From the NCBI GenBank assembly GCA_951406725.2, contig OX597823.1, positions 94,612,001-94,676,000 of the forward strand: a stretch of DNA of 64,000 bases, given 5' to 3'. The notes beneath the pieces are model-generated. The model was not told where the DNA came from and made no database searches. It saw nothing but the letters and a program-made list of their open reading frames with translations. The position numbers and the translations under genes were made by a program. Source of the stretch: Octopus vulgaris. Lineage: Eukaryota. This document shows, one piece after another, positions 39,621 through 50,487 of this stretch (position 1 is its first letter; each line of letters begins with the position of its first letter).

Positions 39621-40176
39621 GAGTGAGAGAGCAGTGCATGCAATCAAAGTGACACTGGGGTAAAATATACGAAGCCCAGTATACCCATCATGACTACCCG
39701 TCTGATAAGGGTACACTAAGCACATGCATCACAACCATATGTGCGCGACATGGTGATCTCATATCAAGATAAACAGCACATGACCTTGCAGGTGGGGCCC
39801 AGTTAGAATTTTCTTCTGGTCGAGTAACCCATCTCGCTCAAAAGGTCCCTGAATAAGGGTTGTTTAAAGATGTTGAACGAAACACCCATGTTTCCAGAGG
39901 TGAATTATTAAAACCCCAAAGAATCCCTCTCAACACATGGCTATGATGCTCCCCCACTACTTCTGCTCGTGATCAGAGATGCATATATCGTCAGCCACTA
40001 AGGGACATGGTCAACTGGTTAAGGTCAAACAACTGACAAGTAAATCTGTGGTATTGAGCAGAATATTTGCTGTAGCCCATCTTTTATACCAAGACAAAAC
40101 AATGTACATGATAACACTTCCGGTCAGTTAAGATCTGAAGCCACGAGACCCACCACCTGGTACTGCATCAGGACAT
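39621..40176. mobile_element. ~555-bp non-coding interspersed element embedded in (TTA)n
   Basis: A second copy with the same ends at 56593-57135 is also flanked on both sides by (TTA)n. Confidence 0.8.
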
Positions 40177-40225
40177 TTATTATTATTATTATTATTATTA
40201 TTGTTATTGTTGTTGTTGTTGTTGT

Positions 40226-40290
<65 letters not shown>

Positions 40291-40317
40291 TTACTACTAC
40301 TACCATTATTATTATTA
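40177..40317. repeat. Compound trinucleotide microsatellite (TTA)n(TTG)n(TAC)n
   Basis: Read directly from the sequence. Confidence 0.95.
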
Positions 40318-41744
40318 GCGATAGAAACAGTTCAAAATAGCATCTTGTAGAAATTCACAACACTAAGGCATTCCGCTGCTGCTGGTATACTCGTGTGCTT
40401 ATCAAACACTAAACGTCTTCATTTTCCATCCACATCTCCCGTAGCCATGGAAGCAATGCCCAGAAGATATCCAGTAGCAAAGATCCATGATCCCAGCCAC
40501 CATTCTTGCAAAGATGTGATGTATCAAGAAGCTGGAACATTCGTACTTATTGTTATTCAGGACCAATGCTGCTTTTTCTGTCTCTAACAATCTTTTAACC
40601 AGGCCGCCACCAATTTGCGACACTAGCGATTTGTTAAAAAAACGATAGATTAAGTACTAGGCTTACAAAGAATAAGTCCTGGGGTCGATTTGCTCGACAA
40701 AAGGCGGTGCTTCAGCATGGCCGCAGTCAAATGACTGAAACGAGTAAAAGAGTAAAAAGAGAGTGAGAAGTCATTTAAAGCCCACACGCACACTGACATA
40801 ATATAAGATATTTCTTTATTGCCCACAAGGGGCTAAACATAGAGGGGACAAACAAGGACAGTCGATTACATCTACCCCAGTGAGTAACTGGTACTTAATT
40901 TATCGACCCCGAAAGGATGAAAGGCAAAGTCGACCTCGGCGGAATTTGAACTCACAACGTAGCGGCAAACGAAATACGGCTACACTTCGCCCAGAGCCAT
41001 GCGATAGACGGATTTTCTTAACCACAGTAAATATTAACTGTCAGAGGACATAACTCTTACATAATTGGATGAAGAGTTATCTCCCTTGCTTAACGATTTC
41101 CCAAGTATTTTAAATTAAAAAATATTAATTTTTGAGATTAACCACAATCGTTAAAATTTCTTTCTGACCCAACAACGAAGACTTCTTCTACTTCAGTGTT
41201 AAATATTATATCCTGCATTGAGGTATCTCAGTCTCGGACATATATGGCGTAAAAGAACCTAAATTATTAACATCCTTAGCAATAAGAAATTCTTACGAAG
41301 TTATTTCCAATAAATGTTTATTGTTTTATACTGTACTTTGTGGCATAACAGACGCAAAATCATATTAGACGCATCCAATTTCAGCAATGCGTATTCAGGA
41401 AAAAGAGTTAGTGTATGGGAGGCCAAACGTTGTACATAGAAAAGTGCATTTTGTACGGTATTTGATCCATTCAACACTTTTAGATTTAGACAAAAATATT
41501 AAGGTTTCCCATTTTGTCTACGCGGTGCTACTTTGGCTTTTGATCTACAAAGGAAATTACTTTAGGTTACCTTTGAGTTTACCCTTCAATTTCAAAAAAT
41601 CCGTAAAATGTTGGCTAAAGGTTTTTACAATGTGATCGGCGACGAGACGAAGGCAGATGCATTTTTACAGGAAACCAACACTAAATTCCCGTCATTTCTT
41701 AATAAAAAGAAAGGTGCCACTTTTGTGTATGGTCTAAAATTTAA

Positions 41745-42215
41745 AAGGAGATTGCCATATTCTGAATGCCTTACTTCCCTGGGCATGGATACACTGAAAC
41801 TCCGACGTCTGGCAGCTGACTTGGCAGACACCCATAAAATTATTAACCATCTTACAACAATAACTCTGAGCACTTTTTCAAACTCCATCTGTCTAACACC
41901 CGTGGACATATTTACAAAGTCAGAAAACAGCACAGCTCCCATGACTTTCGGGAACATTTTTTCACACTAAAAGTTGCTGAAGCATCGAACAAACTGCCGG
42001 CACCAGTTGTTAGTTGTCGGAGCACTGCATCCTTCAAAACTTCCATGCTTCCTGACATTCGCCAATACTACACCTGATTTTCTCCCCTCCATACACACGC
42101 AAGCATGTATCTGACTCATACACTGTTCGCTTTCCAGACATTTGTACATTACTGCATATGCTTTATATGCACTTTTGACAAGTTATGATGCACCTGAGCA
42201 CTGTATACAATAATT

Positions 42216-42225
<10 letters not shown>
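41745..42225 (+). pseudogene. CR1/L2-clade LINE 3' end with ORF2 remnant
   Basis: LPYSECLTSLGMDTLKLRRLAADLADTHKIINH fits the Y..RL..L...L..RR...DL...KI motif; followed by a 3' UTR and (TTA)n tail. Confidence 0.85.
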
Positions 42226-42253
<28 letters not shown>

Positions 42254-43431
42254 ATACGGTTTTCTTATAATTAAAATAGCATGAAAATGAAAAGTAACCT
42301 TAAGTATCTCTCTTGTAGATTACACGCCAAGATAGCTCCGTCTTGAAACGAACTTGGACTAACATATAGGCGCATGCGTGGCTGTGTGGTGAGAAGTTTG
42401 CTTCCCAACCACATGGTTCTGGGTTCAGTCCCACTGTGTGGAACTCTGAGCAAGTGTCTTCTACTATAGGGACGGGGTGACCAAAGCCTTGTGAGTGGAT
42501 TTGGTACATGGAAACTGAAAGAAGCCTGTCATATGTGTGTGTGTGTCTGTGCGTGCGTGCGTGCGTTTGTTTGTGTGTCTGTGTTTGAACCCTACCATCG
42601 CTTGATAACTGATGTTGGTGTGTTTACGTCTCCATAACTTAGTGGTTCGGCAGAACAGACCGATAGAATAAGAACTAGGCTTACAAAGAATAAGCCCTGG
42701 GGTCAATTTGTTCGACTAGAGGCGGTGCTCCACCATGGCCACAGTGTGTGTGTGTTTTTTTATACAAGAAATTGGAAAATTATTGGTATTATTTATTTAT
42801 TCACCATTACACGTGTTTCGTTTGCTAATAGGAATTATGAAGTTTATCACTTTAGACATGTAAGAAAAATAAGAAAGTTTTCGAACAGAGAATTTAAATA
42901 ATGCAGTATTATTCAATTTCTCACTTTGAGGAATTTCTAATAGGAAATCTCTGACATGCTTATCTAATATGTAAAACTTGTCCTCCTTATTTCTAAGACA
43001 GGATGATGTGAAATAGAAGACTTGGCTGCTGTTTCTAGCAATTCAAATGATGACGTTGAGGTTTCCTTGCTTTTGTGTAAATCTGTGTAAATTCACTGTA
43101 GTACCTGCCCCTTAAGGGGGAGTTAACTACGTACAAATGGCCGCAGTCCGAGTGAAGTAAGTCATTTAATAAGTTCGACCACGCACAACTGACTAAGAAC
43201 AGGGGGTCAAGAACAAATTCTGAAGGGTGGGCAGTCAATATTCTCGACTCCAGCACTGGACTGGTACTGAATGTTATCGACCCCCGAAGGGTTGAAAGAT
43301 GGAGTTGATATCCACGGGATTTGAACTCACAACGTAAAGAGAAGAAATGAATACCGAAAAGGCATTTTTCTCGACGCATTTAACGTGTATGTGTGCGTAA
43401 ATGTATGTAAGCGTGTGTATGTGTGTATATA

Positions 43432-43493
<62 letters not shown>

Positions 43494-44121
43494 TGTGTGT
43501 ATATGAACATGCGCACTTGTGATGTGTGCAACAAGAACTGAATTTTCTATCTTATATTCTTTGATTTTACTTTTAACTTGATAAGTATAAGTTCTTAGAA
43601 TAATCTTAGCAGCAGCAGCAGTGGGGGCGCAATGGACCAGTGGTTAGGGCAGCGGACTCGCGGTCGGAGGATCGCGGTTTCGATTCCCAGACCGGGCGTT
43701 GCGTGTGTTTATTGAGCGAAAACACCTAAAGCTCTACGAGGCTTCGGCAGAGGGGGGGGGGACAACCTCTGTTGTACTCTTTTGCCCCAACTTTCTCTCA
43801 CTCTTTCTTCCTGATTGTTGTCCCCAACTTACCTACGCATCTGCTGAGCCTGGATGCGCATTCATCCATCTGTCGATGCTCTCGGTGTCGGGGGTTGACC
43901 TGCTTTCTCTTCTGCGGGTCTTACGAATAGCAAAGGACCATGTTTCTGACTTCTCCCACTACAGAGGCGCGATCTTGCGAGCTCTGGGACGAAGATCGCT
44001 TAGCTCTACAAACAAACAAACAAACGAGCACCACCAGCAGCAGCAGCAGTAGCAGTAGTAGTAGTAGTAGTTGTTGTTGGTCTTTAGATCACTTCTGTTT
44101 GAACAAGTGACCAATGCCCAA

Positions 44122-44377
44122 GGGTATATGGCGTAGTAGTTAAGAGCGCGGGCTACTAACTCCAAGATTCCAAGTTCGATTCCAGGCAGTGACCTGAATA
44201 ATAATAATAGCAATAATAATAATAATAACAACAATAACATCGAAAAATTCCTTAGGAATGAGAACCCAGGTTTGAAATTTCCTCAAGACACCCGATGAAG
44301 TCTGGAGGTTATATCAGCCAAAACATTGTGTTAACAACAAACAAGATGAGGACAAATATCTATCAAATGTAAATAAT
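44122..44377 (+). mobile_element. tRNA-headed hammerhead element, locus C (core mutated)
   Basis: Same head/(AAT)n/tail order as locus B; core reads CCGATGA...AAAA, so it is presumed inactive. Confidence 0.8.
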
Positions 44378-44819
44378 AAACAGATCAGTTATCTAAAGCA
44401 TTCCAAACGTGACCATCCTATATTTTTAACAGTTTCTCAAGCAACATATTTTTGTTAAAACAAAATAGGATGTGATCTGAGGGAGCTTTGGCTGCTATTT
44501 CTTGCTGGTAGAAAAACCAGGTAGAGACTTTTTCTTAGTGACTCTGTGTGTGTGTGTGTGTGTTTGGTATGCATGTATGTATGGTATTGATATATATGTT
44601 TTGTATGTACGCGCGCGCGTGTGTGATTCCTTTTAACAAAAAAGAAAGAAAAAATAATAAAGTTTGGAAATTCCTCTGCTGGCTGAATAGAATATTTTAA
44701 GATTATTTAAGTTGATAAAAACTTCGATTTATCATACCAGATAAAAGTTTTAATACCAAATGTACAGTCTGCACCCGTCCAAACCTTGATATGAGCAAAT
44801 AAACAAACTAGTAAAATAT

Positions 44820-45217
44820 TCTTTTCTACTTTAGGCACAAGGCCTGAAATTTTGAGGGAGGGACCCAGTCGATTAGATCGACCCCAGTGCGTAACTGGTA
44901 CTTAACTTATCGTCTCCGAAAGAATGAAAGGCAAAGTCGACCTGGACGGAATTTGAACTCGGAACGTAACGGCAGACGAAATACCTATTTCTTTACTACC
45001 CACAAGGGATTAAACACAGAGAGGACAAACAAGGACAGACAAAAGGATTAAGTCGATTACATCGACCCCAGTGAGTAACTGGTACTTATTTAATCGACCC
45101 CGAAAGGATGAAAGGCAAAATCGACCTCGGCGGAATTTGAACTCAGAACGTAGCGGCAGACGAAATACCGCTAAGCATTTCACCCGGCGTGCTAACGTTT
45201 CTGCCAGCTCACCGCTT
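44820..45217 (-). mobile_element. Dimeric family-A SINE inserted as one unit
   Basis: 14-bp TSD AACTAGTAAAATAT at 44806-44819 and 45218-45231; internal junction AAGAAATAG|GTATTTCG. Confidence 0.85.
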
Positions 45218-45358
45218 AACTAGTAAAATATCTACCTGAAAACACCATCATCATCTGTTTAAACTCATGGTTACATCAATCGCCCTCTAAAATGGGGGAG
45301 GATTCTCTACCGCACCCTGTTCTATTAAATCGAAATCTCGCCTAAGTACAAAGGCATA

Positions 45359-45880
45359 CCGTAAATCCTCGAGGATAATCCGCATTTTTTCCCCAAAATT
45401 TAAAGGTCAAAATCCCTAGTGCGTACTATATACGAGGTTAAAAAGGAAAATTATTTTCTAAGCAATGTCCGAGTCTCTATTTGCTGCCCGGCAATGTTTA
45501 TTCAGGCGCATTTTGTGATGTCGGGTGCGAAAATACCTTAAGCTAAGCCTGAAAGCAATGAAGTCATAAAAGAATCATCCATAACTTGCAGTAAGCAACA
45601 TTTATTAAAACAAAAGTATTCAGAACTCAGAATAACATGTAAGAAAAATAATTTGCAAGCATATTTACATTCTCATATAACAGTTAAGAACATCACCATT
45701 ATTGTATTACGCACACGCGGAAGTGTTTGTTCGAGTAGGTGCTGCTGGCTTAATTATGCACGACTCAAGTTAGAGAAGGAGTGAGTATTATTCACAAGGT
45801 TTAGGTTTTTCAGAGGTACAGCCCCTTAAAAATCCCCTGTGTATTATACTCAAGGGTGGACTATACTCGAGGATTTATGG
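45359..45880. mobile_element. pogo/Tc1-mariner-like MITE
   Basis: TA flanks; TIRs CCGTAAATCCTCGAGGATAATCC / GGACTATACTCGAGGATTTATGG. Confidence 0.75.
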
Positions 45881-46074
45881 TATCTACATAATGATGCTCC
45901 ACCTCTCGCTTCGTTTTCTCATAACTTTCCAAAAAGTTTATATTTTTTACTGAAACTTCGCTCAGATACGTTTTTGAATGTGTAGTTTATATTTATGTCG
46001 ACAAAATTTAGAAAAATCATTTTTGGGGAGTATTTCGGACCGTTCTTTCCCCTCCATCTCCTGCCCTTTGTCCT

Positions 46075-46420
46075 CTGGGTAAGAGGTAGGTGCCTCATCT
46101 GGGATGTCACCGTCTGCAACTCCTTTGCTCCCTTTCACACCCTGGATGCTGCAGTAAATGGGAAGATCATTGCTTCCGTAGTCGAATGGAATGAAATCCT
46201 TAAGTATCGTGACTTGACAGGTAACTATCTCTTCCAGCTTGCGGTATTTAAGACATTTGGAGAAGATGGTCCGCTAACAACGAAGTTCTTGTTATCGTTG
46301 GCGCCTCGTCCTACCAAGGTGTTAGGTGATGTCCGCGAGGGTGCTTCACTGTTCCAGCACCAAAACCTTGCCATCACTCGTAGTTATACCGCAAGCGTGT
46401 TGGCTTTCTTCAGCTGGTTC
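46075..46420 (+). pseudogene. CRE-like non-LTR retrotransposon restriction-like endonuclease remnant
   Basis: WVRGRCLIWDVTVCNSFAP...KYRDL...YLFQLAVFKTFG...LFQHQNLAITRSYTASVL resembles the W..G..L.WD.T / KY..L / QRLS.A.QRGNA.SVL C-terminus of CRE-clade elements. Confidence 0.7.
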
Positions 46421-46558
46421 CGTTCAGCTTTCTGACGTGCATCCCATTGGTGTGTTTTTTTTCTTTCTTTCCTTTTTTCCTCTCCCTTTTTCTTTCTTTT
46501 TCTTTCTTCCTCTCTTACTTCCAGTTTCGGAATTGGACTTTTAATGTAGTTCTGTATT

Positions 46559-46939
46559 GGGATCTTTTCAGTTTGAACGGCAGTTTTTAACATAATTTCT
46601 AGTCAACTAAAAAATTTTAAACTTCGTATACTGGTAGAATGTGTTTATAAAACATCATTTTCTCTTGGCTTTCTTGAGAAAATTCTGTAGTTTGTAACAT
46701 ATTTCGTCTTTAATTTCTTGCATTTCGGCAATTTTAACCAATCAAATACGTCCATTGAGGTAAAAAACATTCTGTGCCGTATGAATATGTCCCTCCTTTA
46801 AGAAACAGATTTGGTTTATTTATATTTGTGAAGAAAAAAAAGATACCCTTCCCCCACCCCTAACCCTAACCCTAAATCTAAAATTTTTTAGTTACCTAGA
46901 AATTATGTTAAAAACTGCCGTTCAAACCGAAAAGATCCC
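46559..46939. mobile_element. MITE with ~55-bp TIRs and internal (CCCTAA)n
   Basis: GGGATCTTTTCAGTTTGAACGGCAG... / ...CTGCCGTTCAAACCGAAAAGATCCC; telomeric repeat at ~46858-46875; left-half copy at 49866-50069. Confidence 0.8.
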
Positions 46940-47349
46940 TATATTTATCTTTTTCTTGTTTCTTGTTTCTGTCATTAGACTGCGGCCATGCTGGTGCATC
47001 GTCTTCAAGAACCTTTAGCCGGACGAAGCGCCATCGCCGGGAAACGAACTCACAACCTTACGATCGAGGGGCCGAATACTCTGACATGTTAAGTTAATCT
47101 CAAAATAAAACGTAAATAAAAAAAATAACAGTAATAGTATCCCATTTTGGTACAAGGCCAGCGATTTTAGGGGAGAGGGGTCTGGTCGATTACATTGACC
47201 CCAGTGTTCAACTGGTACTTATTTTATCGATACCGGAAGGGATGGAAGGCAAAGTCGCCCTCAGCGGAAGAACAGACGATGTAAATGATGGCTGGTTGGC
47301 TGGCTGGCTGGCTGGCTGAATTCTGAAATTACACTTTACAAGAAAGAAA

Positions 47350-47373
47350 GTCACAGAGAGAGGGGGAGGGAGA

Positions 47374-47408
<35 letters not shown>

Positions 47409-47810
47409 TAGAAGCGAGAGGGGAAGGAGAGTGTGTGCGTGTGTGTGAGAGAGAGAAAGAGAGGGGGAGGGAGAGCGTGTGTGTGTGTGTGAGAGAGAGA
47501 GAGAGTAGAAGCGAGAGGGGAAGGAGAGTGTGTGTGTGAGCGAGAGAGAGAGAAAGAGAGAGAGGAGGGAGACTGCGTGTGTGTGTGTGTGTGAGAGAGA
47601 GAAAGAGTAGAAACGAGATACAGAGTGTTAACATAAGAGGTGCAAGATGAGCGCACGTACGAGGCTTGGTGGCACCCAATGGGTAAAAGGAAACTACAGA
47701 GAGAGAGAGAGAGAGGGAGAAAGAAAGAAGAGAGAAAAAGGGAAAGAAAGAGAAAAGGAAAGAAGAAAAATTCATAGCCAGTGGAAAGAGAATGTGTGTG
47801 TGTGAGTGTG
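47350..47810. repeat. Purine-rich (GA)n/(GT)n compound minisatellite
   Basis: Repeating units GAGAGTAGAAGCGAGAGGGGAAGGAGAGTGTGTG. Confidence 0.85.
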
Positions 47811-48864
47811 TTTGAAATTCATGGTGAGAGAACATTTTTCAACTTTTTGTAAATGTTAATTTTTACATTTTGCATATTGTTTTATTTAACGGTAAGAAAT
47901 ATATTTTTTTTTGTTTTGAAAAGTTAGTATTCCATCATTTTGTATAAGCTCCAAAAAACATTTGATAACAGTTAAATTATGATTATTGAATGTATGGCCA
48001 TATTTCCTGATATTACCCATAACTGCAAAAGTATACTTCTAAATCTTGTTGTCTTGGGAGGGTCGTTACGCCAACAATAATGATACACGCACTGGTTCAT
48101 TATCACTTCTTTATTGTTAGTCAATTGCTTAGATATTTAGCTTACTTACTAATCGATTGTGTTAAGCAATCAATCGGTTGTTTGTTAGTCAACCAGTGTG
48201 TGTGTGTGTGTGTTTATTAGTATTGGTGCAATGGCCTTCCCAAGACATAAGACTTGTTTCAACACACTAATTCACATTAAGAACCTTGCAAACAAAATAC
48301 ATAGACCAAGTATACTTCTAAAATTCAGCAACATATACGTTTTGAACGAGAATGTAAGAAAACGTAGCCAATGACCACCACTCTACAGGCCCTGTCCTCG
48401 GTGAATACACAGACCATTGAGTACATTCATTGAGTCATAAAAATAAAAGACAAACGGAGCCAGAACAAATAAATGATAAAGAAAAGGTTATAAAATGTAA
48501 GAAACATGTTCATAGGATGTTTGTAAGGCGGCGAGCTGGCAGAAACGTTAGCACGCCGGGCGAAATGCTTAGCGGTATTTCGTCTGCCGTTACGTTCTGA
48601 TTTCAAATTCCGCCGAGGTCAACTTTGTCTTTCATCCTTTCGGGGCCGATTAAATAAGTACCAGTTACGCACTGGGGTCGATATAATCGACTTAATCCCT
48701 TTGTCTGTCCTTGTTTGTCCCCTCTGTGTTTAGCCCCTTGTGGGTAGTAAAGAAATAGGTATTCCTACCTAGTCAAGATTTTAGCTGGTATTTCTAGCTA
48801 TTCAAGCAACCACATGGAAGACAGGTCTCAGGTCAGTATTCATCCAGAAGATTATAATAAAAGA

Positions 48865-49247
48865 CTAGCAGTATCGCCCGGCGTTGCTCAGGTTTGTAAG
48901 GGAAATAACTATAAAGCATTTTTAGAGAGTTATAGCCAAAAAATAGCCAAAAAATGGAAAAAAATGATGGTAAATTTTTTTGAGAGTTAAAAAAGGTGGA
49001 GTTGCGTCCCCTAGACGGTCTGTGGTTTGGGTTTCTGATTCTCGACCCCATGTCGAATTTATCGATTTTTTTCAGAACTGGAGGAACTTTTCAAAATTTT
49101 CGCTGCGTTAGTTTTGAATTATGACATTGGGCTATGTGTGTGTCAAGTTTCATCAGAATCGGTTGAAAGCCGTGGTCAGGGTGAGGGTACGAGAAAACAG
49201 ACACACAGAAACACGCACAGACAAACTGCCGTTTATATAGAGAGAGA
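48865..49247 (-). mobile_element. Short non-autonomous Helitron
   Basis: On the minus strand: A|TC start, hairpin GAGCAACGCCGGGCG, CTAG|T end; same 5' family as 13144-14297. Confidence 0.8.
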
Positions 49248-50172
49248 TGGTCAAATGATGATTAATTCGTCGCTGTTTATTTATACACTGTATATATCTA
49301 GACCCAGATTATCGTGTGTATCCTTCGTTCTTTTTATGAAAGTCACCAAACACTGACTTAAAAGATTTCTGAACTGTTGTTTCTAGCAGTTCAACCCATG
49401 TATGAAGTGAGGAATCGGCATAACTACAGAATGGTGCCCCTCCTGACTTTGTTTCTTTCTAATTTTCTGAAATATGCACATTTTTCAATGAAATGTTGAA
49501 GAGATAGATTTTGAAGAGGGAAGATTATAATTATAGGAATAAAAACTAGAAAAAATGTAGATTGATATCTTAAAGGTCGTTCTTTCACTCCTCTGTCCCG
49601 ACTTTCTTGCCAATTCCTGTAACTTTAGGGTTTTTTTTTTATTATTTCTTCCTCACGAATTATGTTTCAAACATCAACGTTACGTAATCTAAACTCTCAG
49701 AAACGTATTTGAGTGAAATGGTATTAAAAAATAGGCGTTTTAAAGTCATGAGAAAACAAATCGGAGGGAGAGAATGATCTGAAACTCCTTCAAAGAAGAT
49801 TTTTTTAATGTTATCAACATAATAGTATTCTACACCCAAAAAACGTATTTCTGCAAAATATTTTTGGGATCTTTTCGCTTTGACCGACAGATTTTTAAAA
49901 TAATTTCCACGTAACTAAACACTTTTAAACTTCGTATGCTGGTAGAATGTGTTTATAAAACATCTTTTTCTCTTGGCTTTCTTGAGAAAATTCTGTAGTT
50001 TGTAAGCTATTTGTTCTTTAATTTCTTGCATTTCGGCAATTTCAACCAATCAATGACGTCTATTGAGGTGAATTCTATTTAAACGTGTACATTAAAGAAA
50101 GTTATGAGGAAACAAAGTCGGAAGGAGAGAGAGAATGATCTGGAACTCCTAAAAAAAAACTTTATTTTTCAT

Positions 50173-50447
50173 ATTTCGGTTTTGGATTTGGTTTGCAAGA
50201 TTCTTTATATGAATTCGTGTGTTGAAGCATATTCTGTTGTGTCTGGGGAGAGTCATTTTCTTTTTGTGCCTTATTATGTAACACACTCACCGGTAAAATT
50301 TCCACTTTTTTTAAACTATTGAAAAGGTTGCAAGACGCAACGAAAATTTTAGGACAATAGAAATAAGAAAAGAGTGGAAATTTTACCGGTGAGTGTGTTA
50401 AATAATAAGGCACAAAAAGAAAATGACTCTCCCCAGACACAACAGAA
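50173..50447. mobile_element. Penelope-style fold-back insertion with hammerhead variant
   Basis: 12-bp TSD TTTATTTTTCAT (50161-50172 and 50448-50459); ~78-bp inverted arms at 50231-50309 and 50370-50447. Confidence 0.75.
50316..50352 (+). ncRNA. Minimal hammerhead motif, U3-A8 core variant
   Basis: CUA-UUGAAAA-G-GUUGC(AAGAC)GCAAC-GAAA-AU-UU-UAG: perfect stem II, palindromic AAUU stem III, stem I CUA/UAG truncated at the inversion junction. Confidence 0.55.
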
Positions 50448-50487
50448 TTTATTTTTCATCTTATCAATATAATCATAATCTACACAT

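Noticed and set aside
39960-40045. HDV-like ribozyme fold on the minus strand of the 555-bp element
   Set aside because: P1/P3-like pairings can be drawn, but I could not find a convincing P2 helix.
40393-40587. Possible decayed piggyBac Cys-rich C-terminus (HFP...C..C...CF)
   Set aside because: Needs frameshifts and the similarity is too weak to support.
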